Counted from the first letter of the stretch, positions 25,040-38,582 are shown. The stretch is DNA of 64,000 nucleotides from Octopus vulgaris (GCA_951406725.2 OX597817.1:80166001-80230000); one strand, 5' to 3'. The notes: generated from the sequence alone by a model not told the origin. A program made the numbers and translations.

Positions 25040-25246
25040 ATGAGAGATCGCCATGATTGATTGCTAGCCACTACACATTCTTTATTTTCTCTCTTTATTT
25101 TCTTTCCTTGTTTCTTTCAGTGTTCCTTTCCGTGGAAGAGCATAGGCTCGAAACGTTAAAAACTTTTTCACTTCCCGAGCGTTAAACTAATACATCTGTT
25201 TGTTGTTTGCACTACTTGTCTTCGTCTTTTGTTTTTTGTGAATTGT

Positions 25247-25250
<4 letters not shown>
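25040..25250 (+). mobile_element. Short PLE-like element ending in (TA)n, hammerhead-like motif 25127-25160
   Basis: TTT-CCGTGGA-A-GAGC atag GCTC-GAAA-CG-TT-AAA. Same family as 3085-3420. Confidence 0.6.
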
Positions 25251-25338
<88 letters not shown>

Positions 25339-26000
25339 ATAGCGTACGTATGTATGTGATATTGATTGAAAATGCTTGCATTATCAAGGCAATATATATG
25401 TGCGTATTGATATGTACATACATACATACATGCAAATATACTTACATACATTCATACATACACACACACAAATACATACATGCATACATACATACATACA
25501 TACATACATACATACATACATACATACATACATACATACATACATACATACGTGCAGTTCTTTCAGTAACACAGCTTTGCACCACATTATAGATAGATGA
25601 CTGTATGCTAAATCACAGAGAACAATGCCTGAATAGAGCAGAGTGACTCTTCATCAGTCGCCAAAACCTGATATATATGGTATATACGCGTGCGTGTGCG
25701 TGTGTATTTAGTCTTTACATTCACTAGAAACTTGTACACTACACATCAGAAAAACACCGGCCACTAGTGGTGTTCTGCAAGGCATACCAAATGTATTTGA
25801 TCATGTATTTGGCATTAGAGTGAGTTTAACCCAGTGAGGTAGGCTAAAATAGGATAAGTTCTCATCCGAAGTAACTCCTACACATTTAGACCATTATAAG
25901 GCTTGCAGAGTCCAGCTTTTCACTTGTACATTCTATTATTACCGGCATAAATCAAGCATGCAAACATATATTGCACAAATACACACACACACACGCACAC

Positions 26001-26668
26001 ACAAATAGACAGACACATATCATATCTACGCAAAATTTATTCTAAACGCATCTGAATTAGATTTAATTATTTCTCAAGTGCGTAAAATAATAAAAATGCG
26101 TTTGTTTCTATATTATTTATGCGCAGAAAAAAAGAGGAGTTTCCAACGGAAGACTGCACGTTGTGATGGTCGCTCGTCAGAGAAAACATGACCGGTTTCC
26201 AACCTCAATAAATGTCGTAGTTCAGATCGCATAAAGCAGTCCTGAATTATGTTAGCACAATGGTGGATAGCATAATGTGTACATTTGGGATTTTGACAGT
26301 TTAGCATTAAGTAAACAATCGATATTAATAAACGCAGTGAAATGGACTGAAACTAGAATACATTTAATACTATAAAGACTAATCTTTGTTTATAAATGCA
26401 TACACTATGTTAACATAATTCAGGGCTGCTTTATGAGATCTGACCTACGCCATTTATTGAGGATGGAAACCGGATACGTTTTCTCTGACGAGCGACCACC
26501 ATACCGTGAAGTCTTCCGTCAGGAAACTCCTCTTTTTTCTGCGCATAAATAGTATAGAGAAAATGCATTTTTATTATTTTACGCACTTGAGACATACTTA
26601 AATCTAATTCAGATGTGATTTAGAATACATTTTGCATAGATATGATATAATGTGTCTGTCTATTTATG
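26001..26668. repeat. Long inverted repeat / foldback MITE (arms 26001-26262 and 26403-26668, ~140-bp spacer)
   Basis: e.g. ttatgcgcagaaaaaaagaggagtttcc / ggaaactcctcttttttctgcgcataa; ggtcgctcgtcagagaaaac / gttttctctgacgagcgacc. Confidence 0.85.
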
Positions 26669-26797
26669 TGTATGTATTTAGACACAATATACGCATGTAT
26701 ATGAGTATATATTACAATGATAGATAAATAAAAAATAGACTGAAAGACGGACAGACAAACGGATAGATAGATAGATAGGTAAATAGATAGATAGATT

Positions 26798-26871
<74 letters not shown>

Positions 26872-27329
26872 CAGATAGACAGATAGGTAAATGCAGATAC
26901 AGAAATATACATGTAAATGTATGTTTCGTGTGCAGTGTATTTAAAAATTAAGAAGAAGAATAAAACACAAAACATCACACACACGCGCGCACGCACACAC
27001 ACACATTCAATTTATATCGTGAATGAGCAGCTCTGGTAGTCTTCGCACATGAATGTGTAGATTCGTAGATTCATTACAGAAAATGTATTTAAAACTGAAC
27101 AGAAAACAGAGAAACTGTTGAAGAAAATGAAAGTATTCTCATTCTGAAAAATGCTTCGCTATTTCAAATCAAGGCATGAATTTTTCACCCCTTTCTGGAA
27201 TAAATTAAACTGTAACATAAAGATAGAATAAAGATGAATAATGATGAAGATGAAAAAAATTGCTTTAAAATACACATATACACGTACAAAAAACAAATAC
27301 ATGGATATACATTCATATACCTATTTACC

Positions 27330-27367
<38 letters not shown>

Positions 27368-27371
27368 ATAT

Positions 27372-27414
<43 letters not shown>

Positions 27415-27786
27415 TGTATATATATGTGTGTAAGTATATATGTATATGTGCATGTATAAATATCTTGTGTCATGTGTATAAAATAAATGTATATACTTAT
27501 GTAAAAATGTATATATACATATTTATATGAGCCTATGAATATGTATGAGCCTATGTGTGAATATGTATGATGTTCTACATGCGTAAACTTATGCATGTCC
27601 CACAACACACGACTAACTGCATGCAAGTTTAAAGGCGAATGTTTGGCTGTGTGGTAAAAAAGTTTACTACACACCCACATGGTTCCCAGTTCAGTCCCAC
27701 TGTGCAGCACCTTAAGTTGTTCTCTTCTGCTATGGCCGCGGGCCGACATTAGCCTTGTAAATGGATTTGATAGACGGAAACACGCC

Positions 27787-27843
<57 letters not shown>

Positions 27844-27844
27844 T

Positions 27845-28145
27845 ATCACCGTGACCGACCAGGTTATCAGATGTTGTTACACATCGCTGGTCACAATGTG
27901 GTTCGCATTGTTTTAGCCTTCAAGTGACGCCACCCCGCTGGCTAAGCGAGCAGGCCAACAGAAGAAAGAGTGAGAGAAATTGGCGAAAGAGTACAACAGG
28001 GGTTGCCACCACCTCCTGTCGGAGCCTCGTGGAGCTTTAGGTGTTTTCGCTCAATAAACACTCACAACGCCCGCTCTGGGAATCGAAACCGCGAGCGTAT
28101 GACCGCGAGTCCGCTGCCCCAACCACTAGGCCATTGCGCCTCCAC
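27845..28145 (-). mobile_element. tRNA-derived SINE, family D (3' part repeated at 62474-62592)
   Basis: - strand head ggcgcaatggcctagtggtt...ggtttcgattccc with A and B boxes. Body shared with 62474-62592. Confidence 0.8.
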
Positions 28146-28149
28146 ATAC

Positions 28150-28253
<104 letters not shown>

Positions 28254-28589
28254 CGGGAAGGTTTACGAAAATAAACAAAAGACGAAGGCAGGTGGAGTAC
28301 AAACAATGTATTAGTATGGCGCTCAGGAATAGAAATAAAACAATATATATAGATTGAAAGATAGATAGATAGATAAATGCAGATACAGAAATATACCTGT
28401 AAATGTATGTTTCGTGTGCAGTGTATTTAAAAATTAAGAAGCATAAAGCACAAAACAACACACTGGGTGGGGAAGCAAAATTTACAGTATTTTGAGGCAA
28501 GGATTGAAAGACAGTGTATGACCAATTTGTTTATTGAAAGTCATGAGAATTTATTTGCCACAAGAAAATTTACATAATAGAAAATATTT

Positions 28590-29602
28590 TTATTCTATGT
28601 GTCGTCCTTCTTTCTCAATAACTGCCTTCACACGCTTCCTGAAACTTGCACAGGCGTTCCTCAAATATTCGGGAGAACACTTCTCCCATTCTTCTTTAAT
28701 ATTACCTTTAAGAGAGTCGACATTGCTGTGTGATGTTCTATTGGTAGCATGTTCTAAAGCGCCCCAAATAGCATAATCCAGAGAGTTTAGATCTGGGCTA
28801 AAAGGCGGCCATAAACATGATTACAAAAAATTGCTAAAGTTGGATTTGCAGAAATCTTGTATTTTTCTAGCTGTGTGGGCTGGAGCACTATCCTGTGTCC
28901 ATACATAATTACCATCTGGGTAGTTTGCTTTGAGCCATGGCAATACCTGATATCTCAAAGTCTTGTAGTAAGTATTAACATTGATATTTTCATCAGCTTT
29001 GTAGAATTTTATAGGCATTTTCTTTCCATCGGAAGCCACAACACCAAAAGCCATAACTTCAGCAATATCTTTTGTTTTGAATGTCCCCTTAAACTCAGCT
29101 GTTGATTTTGCGATAAATATGTCATTTCTGCTGTCCAGAACAGCATCGACAGTGAAGATCTTTTCATCTGAAAAGATCGTTACAATGGAGGACTTTTTCT
29201 TGAAACATGTAATAATTTTCTTGCACCTCTCCGATCTCTTTTCCTTCATAGCTGTTGTCAATAAATGTTTTGGTGTTCTCGTGTAACATTTTAACCTCAA
29301 ATCATATTTTACAGTATTTCTAATGGTCTTGTTGTCTACCTCAAGTTCAATTGCCATTTTTCTCATGAGTTTTGTTGGATCCTTTAGGATTTTGGATTTG
29401 AGAGCTTTAATAAAAGCTTTGGTACGTCTTTTGTTGATTCCTCAACTTCCAGACTTCCTCGTAATAGATTTGCTCATAGTCATTCTATTCTTTACATTAT
29501 AGACTTTATGGACACTCCAAATATTTTTGAAATCTCCTTTAGTGTGACGAGTGTATTCAGAAAGTCACACACTCTTTGACTTTTGCTTTCCTGATTACTC
29601 AT
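28590..29602 (-). pseudogene. DD37D transposase with frameshift and internal stop
   Basis: MSNQESKSQRVCDFL...; IFSDEKIFTVD; WTQDSAPAH...WPPFSPDLNSLDYAIW. 37 residues between second and third D, counting one in-frame stop. Confidence 0.88.
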
Positions 29603-29636
29603 ATGGGCAAAAGTTTCTGAGAAGGTAAGGATAATA

Positions 29637-29991
29637 GTGTTTGGTATGAGTGTGACCCCCTTCGGTCAGACACTGACAATGGGTTTGCACCTAGAGAGTT
29701 ACTCTCTGAGGCACAAGTCTGGGCAAGGTTGTTTCATGGAAGACCAGCAGTCGCCCATGCATACCGGCCTCCCTCTCCACGTCACCGATGTTGTCCAAGG
29801 GAAAGGCAAGGGCCGATACAGCTTGGCACCTGTTACGTCGCAACTCATTTCTACAGCTGAGTTAACTGGAGCAACGTGAAATAAAGTGTCTTGCTCAAGA
29901 ACACAACACGCAGCCCGGTCCGGGATTCGAGCTCACAACCTCACGATCGTAAGCTCGACGCTCTAACCACTGAACCACGCGCCTTCACATG
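29637..29991 (-). mobile_element. tRNA-derived SINE, family E (related heads at 60764-61000 + and 60170-60320 -)
   Basis: ggcgcgtggttcagtggttagagcg...gagctcgaatcccgg head followed by gtgttcttgagcaagacacttt domain. Confidence 0.8.
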
Positions 29992-31287
29992 AGAAAGACA
30001 TCAATATAACTTTCATTGTAAATTTTGCTTATATATATATATACTAAATTCTGCCCTCTAAAACAGCTTAAATCTAATTTTAAATTTCCACCACCAATCA
30101 GAAGCCAATGACATTTCTATACGGTTGCAGTCAAATCTCTCTCATATCACATCTTAGCCTGTTGTGTCAGGAATGGTCACAATGAATTACGTAATTTTGT
30201 GACGCTTCCTATAAGAAAAGCATGTGGTAGTCATTGCTGAAACGCTTTTGATCATAGGTTTGCTCAATCAGGATTTGCCTTGGGGCTAAACAACAAAAAT
30301 TACCTTCTCTTCATTCTCAAGTATCGGCCGTGTGTGCTTCAAGTGACTAAAGCGTGAGGTATCAGAAACAACAGCTAAAACCCCTCAACATAGCATTTTT
30401 ATAACCCTCAACCCTAGCATCTTTAAAATATGAAAATATTACACGGGTAATGTAATTCTAAATGTACAGAGGGATAGCCACATATGGAACGCCTTTGATT
30501 CGTTAGTTTTTTTTGTGAGAGAAAGCAGTGATCAGTTGGTGGACTCTGTTGCTGTTGCCGTCGACGTCGTTGTAGTTGTTCAGTAATATGTCATCTCTGA
30601 TGGTGCAGACCTATAATCACAGTCATTCTATCCATGACCATCACGTCTGATTTTACAAGAGGGTCTTTTGCTATACAACAATAACTCTGACTGACCATCA
30701 AATCCTTTGTCTGCTCTTATTTACACACGCAAACACATACACACATATATACATATGTCCACAAGAGACACACGCATACACAAATCGACACATGTACATA
30801 CTCATAAGCTCACACTTACATATACATTCACACACACACATACGGATACACACAAACGAAACACACACGCACAGACACACACACACATGTACAGAAGCTT
30901 GGCTTCTCTCCAACCAAACATCAAGCTTGCTCCTTTTTCATTTATAAATGGTATTTCTGGAGATTTTCAATCACAACACACTTCATAAATGTCTGTCTCT
31001 TTTTTCCTTCTCGCTCACTGTGTGTTTCCTTCCTTCCTTCCTCATTTCCTTCCTTCTCTCCTCCCCGCTCGGTCTGTTTGTTCTAGATTTTTTTGATTCT
31101 CTTCCTTCTTTTCTTCTTTTTTCTTTCTTTCTTGACATGTTTACCTTTTGTTATTCCTTACTCTTTTCTGGCATGATTTTCATTACGTTCTTGGTATTTT
31201 CGTTTTTATTTTCTTTCTTTCTTTCTTTCATTCTTTCAATCATCCATTCATTCATTCTTTCTGTATTTCTTGCCTTCTTCCTTTTTC

Positions 31288-31332
<45 letters not shown>

Positions 31333-31399
31333 CTTCTTTCTTTCGTTCGTTTTTTATTACTTTCGTCATTCTTTTTCATTTTTGCACTTCTTTTTCCCC

Positions 31400-31460
<61 letters not shown>

Positions 31461-31537
31461 CATTTATCTACCTATCTATTTGTCTATTTATCTGCCTGTC
31501 TCTGTCTATTTATCTACCTGTCTAGCTAGCTAGCTAA

Positions 31538-31570
<33 letters not shown>

Positions 31571-31667
31571 CATTTTTCAATCTATGTATCCATTTATCTA
31601 CCTATCTATTTGTCTATTTATCTGCCTGTCTCTGTCTATTTATCTACCTGTCTAGCTAGCTAGCTAA

Positions 31668-31738
<71 letters not shown>

Positions 31739-32169
31739 GTCATCTATCTATGTATCTGTGTATCTGCCTGTCTCTCTGTCTGTTAATCTATCTATTTATC
31801 TATCTATTGATATCACATAATTAATGAGTTTATTTTGTTTAAACACTTACTAGCTGCGAAATTTCGTCTAAAGAAAGTCCTTTAAAGACGTCGCGTGTTA
31901 AAATACACTGAAACACATCGAATACGTCAAAATCAGGTAATTGAGCCGTAGGTGAACTAGAACCGTGTCTATCTATATTTCGCTCTTGTTTCAGCTCATC
32001 AGCATCATATAATCGAGTTACGTAGAAACGACTTCCAAACGCTGGGCGAAATTCAAATCGAGTTACCTCGAAATGATTTCATATCTCCAGACAAAATTTC
32101 GCCACTAATAATCGTTTAAAGAAAATACGTACATTGAGTGCATAACATCAATAAAGTTTAACATTATCA

Positions 32170-32380
32170 GGTAGCGAGCTTGCAGAATCGCTAGCACGCC
32201 GGTCAAAGTGCTTAGCGGCATTTCGTCTATCTTAACATTGTGAGTTCAAATACCGCCGAGGTCGACTTTGCCTTTCATACTTTCGGGGTCGATAAATAAG
32301 TACCAGTTAAGCACTGGGATCGATGTAATTGATCTACCCCTCCTCCGAAATTGCTAGCCTTTTGCAAAACTTTGAAACCG
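32170..32380 (+). mobile_element. Family B SINE
   Basis: Well-preserved head and gaggtcgactttgcctttcat..tttcggggtcgataaataagtaccag core. Confidence 0.85.
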
Positions 32381-33310
32381 ATAACGTTTACACTATTAGA
32401 GCTGTTTCTAATTCAAAACTTTGTTTCACTTGTGCGAACCTGTTTTACATCAGCGGGTAGATTTACCGATATTTGCATATCTCAGATCATCGTTTCGAAT
32501 TCGTTTCGAGGTCGATAAGCTGAAATAGTAGGGAAATATCGATATCCACCGCTCTCGTTCAACTACAATGCAATTAGTTTCGGCTGGGCTTGAGCTGTTC
32601 AGTGATTTTTAACACTCAGCATTTTAAAGAGATTTTCCCTGGACAAAATTCCAGTGCTAATTTGCGTTTAAACAAAATACATATATTGGTATATGTGTGA
32701 ATATATATATATGCCTTGTGCCTAGAGGAGAAAAGATTATTAATTACCAACAGAGTAAATTGTTTAATCACTCGGCAGAAAGCAATCAATTAAAATGAAT
32801 TAGTGTACAAATGCAAACACTCTCTCTCCTCTGCGAATACTGATAAATTATCAGACATTAAGTTAGTTTCGAACATAAAGGTTTGCAGAGCAGAGAAAGA
32901 AGACAAAATTAAACATTTAAACTTCAGTCAGTCCATGGATCCATTTTGTACAGATTTTATTGCATGTGACCGGCAGATTGTGAGTTGTTTCTTCATTCAA
33001 TGCAATGACATGTATGCTTTACAGAACATCTTAAAAGAGTTGGTTGAGCACACGTGTCGAAACCAAAATGTTATCCATAAGGCAGCAGATGATGAAATGT
33101 ATACGTTTATTTATTTGTGTATATCTTTTGTTGTGAAGCGTTTGTAATTTGGCATTTTTATTATTTAGGTGTTTTCCACCATTGATATCCTGTTCCGATA
33201 AGGGTTAGACTTGTGCCAGGAGTTTGTAGTTTATAATGGTTTTGTTGCATATACCCGCACACAAGCACACACATACACACACACACATAAACACACACAC
33301 ACACACATAC

Positions 33311-33612
<302 letters not shown>

Positions 33613-34188
33613 GGACAGAGTGGACAAATGAAAGAAAGTGGCACTGAAAACATTTGGTAGGAGTTGCATGCAAGTTTTGTGACAGTTTGCGTCATCTACA
33701 TATTACTCTAAAATTTTGTGTGCATCCTACGCACCGACGAAATTTAACTCTTATGAAGGTGGGTTGAAAATATATTCATATATTACGGCGGGGAGCTGGC
33801 AGATTCGTTAGCACGCCGGAGAAAATACTGACTCGAAGACTATAGAACCAATCCATCACTGGTCCTGTAGAAATCTGTAAAACTTTCCAGAAGTTTATCG
33901 TTTAAATATATATGAGCATGTCTAGATATGCAACTATATGCATGTGAATACATACGTAAAACAAAACATACAAATCTGAACATATACATACATACAAATG
34001 AAAATACCCTGTTGTTGATGTTGAAATTCCAATGAAGAAACCTTAGATCTAGGTTAGAAACTGGCTCTTTCTCTATTGAAAAGAAATCTTAAAATAAAAC
34101 AGAACAATGACATACATACATACATACATACATACATGCAAACATGCATACATACATACATACATACATACATACATACATACATACA

Positions 34189-34221
<33 letters not shown>

Positions 34222-34388
34222 GCATGTAATTTATTTATTATTAAATATAGCAATATAAATTATTTACAGGCTTTTAAATTACGAAACAATTTGTCATGAT
34301 AGTACAATTTTCTCATCGTAAAAGAAAATTTTATCAAACCATTTCTCTGTCATTTATGACTATATATATATATATATATATATATAGT

Positions 34389-34441
<53 letters not shown>

Positions 34442-35505
34442 CAGAGTGAGTGGACAAATGAAAGATAGTGGCACTGAAAACATTTGGTAGGAGATTTTTA
34501 CGACATTTTACCTCATCTACATATTCATATTATATATATACATACATATATATATATATACATATATGTACATACATACACACACACCTACATACATACA
34601 TACATACATACATACATACATACATACATACATACATACATACATACATACAATTCCTTCACATCTTTACCAATCAAACTTTTGTGCCACCTCTTAATTT
34701 TTCAATGTTTCACTACCCACATACACATTCACAATCACCACCACCCAAACACACATACGCTTTCTTTCTCTCTCTCTCTCTTTCTCATAATCACAAGTCT
34801 TAGAATACACAAGTATTTTGCTTTCTCTGTCTCGATCTATTTCTTTCTCAAAGAATAATATGGAGAGAGAGAGAAAGAAAGAGAGAGAGAGAGAGAGATA
34901 GACAGACAGACAGACAGACTGACAGAGAGCTAAAAAAAAGAGTAGGGAGAGATGTAGCCGACGCATTGATGAGAGTTTAATTATGGAGAAATGAAGCATT
35001 GACAGCGAAACAGTTCCATGCCATTTTTGGCGAGTGGAAGATAAAATTAATTGATATAACAGACACAGACACATAGATAGGAAAATAATAAGTAACTATC
35101 GTAATATGTTGCCATGGAATTAATAGAAGTGATCACTTTTTGACAGAGTTTGCTAGTTACTACCACAAAAGAAATGCTTTGTTACTCTGTAAAAAAACTT
35201 CTTAAAAAATTATTAAATCTTTTACTTGTTTCAGTCATTGACCTGCGTCTACACTGGGGCACCGCCTTCTTTTATGTTTCGTTTGCTTCAATTATTATAC
35301 TGCGGCCATGCTGGGGCACCGCCTGAAAAAGTTGTAAGTCGAATGAATTGCCCCAATTACATGAGATTTCTAAAGCCTGATACTTATTCTATTTGCCAGG
35401 TTTGCCGAACCGCTAGATAACAGGGACGTAAACACCCAATAGCGGTGGATGGGGACAAACACAGATACAATCACACACACACACACACACACACACACGT
35501 GTATA

Positions 35506-35592
<87 letters not shown>

Positions 35593-35599
35593 CCGCGTG

Positions 35600-35770
35600 T
35601 GTATCGTTGGCGATTTTTTTCTTTTATTATGTTTCTGACGAAGCGCTCCGCTCGAAACGTTAAATCCTCCTACTTTCTTTCCTTTCCTGAGCGTCCAATA
35701 ACACTATACATGTTCCAGATCCTTGCGTTGTGATTTCTCTTTGTGTTATCATGTTTGGATTAACTTTATA
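35600..35770 (+). mobile_element. Short PLE-like element with hammerhead-like motif 35631-35665
   Basis: TTT-CTGACGA-A-GCGC tcc GCTC-GAAA-CG-TT-AAA. Paralog of 3455-3610. Confidence 0.62.
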
Positions 35771-36089
35771 TATAACACACACACACACACACACACATGC
35801 ACACCCACACTCACACACACACAACCCAACACGCACAAACGCACACACACACACACAAACACACACATATATATATATATATATCTCAGAAGAGTACAAT
35901 AATTGTGAATAAATCACAATTATAACGGAGAGGATTAAAAACCCTTACATTATTGCACTCCTTTTATACAATAATTTTTTGATTGCATGTTCTGGCAACT
36001 GATATATTCGTGGATACTTTTGAATTGTCTACAATTTATCCTGCGCAATGTATTTTTACATTAATTCCCCTTATATATATATATAGACC

Positions 36090-36530
36090 CAAGAGAGGCT
36101 GTGTGGTATGTTGCTTGCTTACCAACCACATGGTTCCGGGTTCAGTCCCACTGCGTGTCACCTTGGGCAAGTGTCTTCTACCATAGCCTCGAGCCGACCA
36201 GAGCCTTGTGAATGGATTCGGTGGACGCAAACTGAAAGAAGCTCGTCGTATATGTGTGTGTGTGTATGTTTGTGTATCTGCGCCTGGTAATTTCAGCAAT
36301 CAAACTAGTCGATTATATCGATTCTGCCAAAGCGGTGTGTGTGTGTGTATGTGTGTGTATGTGTGTGTATGTGTGTGTAGGACGGCCGTTCACATAGTTT
36401 CCTTCTACCAAATTCACAATTTATAGTCCGAGAGCAATAGAATAAAATGCTTGCCCAAGCTGCTGCGTCGAGGGACTGAACCTGCAACCACGTTGTCACA
36501 AGCGAGCTTTTTAGCTACGCAGCCATGCTA
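36090..36530. mobile_element. Two family A SINE 5' halves in inverted orientation (36090-36250 +, 36380-36530 -)
   Basis: Both match the family A head/body. Confidence 0.7.
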
Positions 36531-36803
36531 CTGAAAATTTGAAACTACTAATATCAGTGGGGTTTTAAAATTTTGTTTATGTTTAAAGGGGTAACAAAAT
36601 GTTTGAAGATGAAAGCAAGCAACGTACATGAAATGTTTTATACAAGAGTAAAGGTATCTATTGATGTAAAATGCTGGAAGGCTTTAATAGCATAAGCATA
36701 TTAATAGAGTTATGAATCCTTGTGGATGTATGAGATCTAAGTATGGCATTTTATGATAATTAAATTAAATTCGGAGAATAACGAGGTAATTTTTGTATAC
36801 ATG

Positions 36804-37800
36804 TAGGTGCAGGAGTGGCTGTGTGGTAAGTAGCTAGCAACGACATGGTTCCGGGTTCAGTCTCTCTGTGTGGCACTTTGGGCAAGAGTCTTCTACTATA
36901 TCCTTAGGCAGACCAAAACCTTGTGAGTGGATTTGGTAGACGGAAACTGAAAGAATATGTATGTATGTATGTATGTATGTATACATATAATATTATGTAT
37001 GTTTACATATAATATTATGTCAGGTCACTTTCGAGTGCTACTGGTAACATGTAACCCAGTACAACCAGTTGCATGGTCGGTCGTCGGCGACTAAACCGGC
37101 AACCCCACCAAGCTTGCTTGGTGAAGAGGGTGTTTATTGGACACCCTGCGGGATGAAAAACAAAACCCGTCAAAGGGCGGAGGAACTCTTGAGAGTCAAT
37201 GGCCATCCAATAAATGTCTTAAGGATGTATCATGCGCGGGGACATAGAAATAATCGGACTGAATACCCGATCACGCGGTTAAACCATTGGGAGTGAAGGA
37301 CTCCTAGCCTTTGTTAGGGCATCGTTCTAGGGGAAGGTAACTCAGGTAACTGGGATAACTCCGACATAAAATCTGTGGCTCAGTGGTTACCGACGATGTT
37401 GACTTGTTCTTCGTTTCGGATTATGGCTGCTGTTTCTTAGTGAGTGGGATTGACACAGTGCACAGCCTTTCCTCACTTAAAAAAAAAATCTTCTTGCACA
37501 GGCATTGCACGATAATAACATTGATTAAGCTTCGTGCAATGGCCATACTCGATAACGAGGGAGTAGCCACCATGTATGTATGTGTGTGTGTCTGTGTTGG
37601 CCCCCAACTCCACCCTGACATCGATTGACAACCGAGACTGGTGTGTTTACGTACCCGCAACTTAGCGGTTCGGCAAAACGAACCGATAGAATGAGTAATA
37701 GGCTCACAAAGATATAAGTCCTTGGGGCGATTTGCACTACTAAATGCGGTGCTACCATATGGCCGAAGTCAAATGACTGAAACAAGCAAAGCAATAAAAG
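36804..37800 (+). mobile_element. Family A SINE split by a ~560-bp insertion in its internal microsatellite
   Basis: Head 36804-36955, tail 37580-37800. Confidence 0.75.
37015..37575 (+). mobile_element. ORF-less RTE-related element (5'UTR-like motifs, (ATGT)n tail)
   Basis: ttagggcatcgttctaggggaaggtaactc resembles the RTE 5'UTR motif TAGGGCAACCAGTCTAGGAGAAGGAAAACTC, recalled from knowledge. Inserted into the (ATGT)n of a SINE. Confidence 0.5.
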
Positions 37801-37821
37801 AATATGTATATATGTATATCT

Positions 37822-38058
37822 GTTTTACTCTTTTACTCTTTTACTTGTTTCAGTCATTTGACTGCGGCCATGCTGGAGCACCGCCTTTAGTCGAGCAAAT
37901 CGACCCCGGGACTTATTCTTTGTAAGCCCAGTACTTATTCTATCGGTCTCTTTTGCCGGACCGCTAAGTTACGGGGATGTAAACACACCAGCATCGGTTG
38001 TCAAACAATGTTAAAGGGACAAACACACAAACATATACATACACACACATACACACAC

Positions 38059-38109
<51 letters not shown>

Positions 38110-38268
38110 TACGACAGGCTTCTTTCAGTTTCCGTCTACCAAATCCACTCACAAGGCTTTGGTCGGCCCGAGGCTATAGCAGAAGACACTTGCCCAAGAT
38201 GCCACGCGGTGGGACTGAACCCGGGACCATGTGGTTGGTTAGCAAGCTACTTACCAGACAGCCACTCC

Positions 38269-38270
<2 letters not shown>
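37822..38270 (-). mobile_element. Family A SINE (full length, young-looking)
   Basis: Close match to 4464-4853 and 49512-49893. Confidence 0.88.
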
Positions 38271-38332
<62 letters not shown>

Positions 38333-38582
38333 ATTGTAAAACAAGTATGTTGTTATCAGTGAATTCGAAGTTTGAGCTAGTAAAGCCATCGCCGGCAGTC
38401 AGACGATGGCTTAGCTGACCAAAACTTCGAAGTCATTGTCAACAACATTCTTGGTTAAGTATAAAAAATTTGTGCACTACAAAAGTATAGAGTAACCGAT
38501 CCTATTAAGGAAAAATTGATTTTTTATAATTGAACATAAAAGCAAACGTAGACACACACACACACACACATACACACACACA

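Larger units (their letters stand above)
28461..30030 (-). mobile_element. DD37D (maT-type) Tc1/mariner transposon, interrupted by a SINE at 29637-29991
   Basis: End motif gaagcaaaatttacagta (28472) has an inverted match tgtaaattttgctt (~30017-30030). Transposase relic inside. Confidence 0.75.

Noticed and set aside
25640-25662. CTGATGA-AGAG..CTCT hammerhead start on the - strand
   Set aside because: No GAAA or stem III follows, so not counted as a ribozyme motif.
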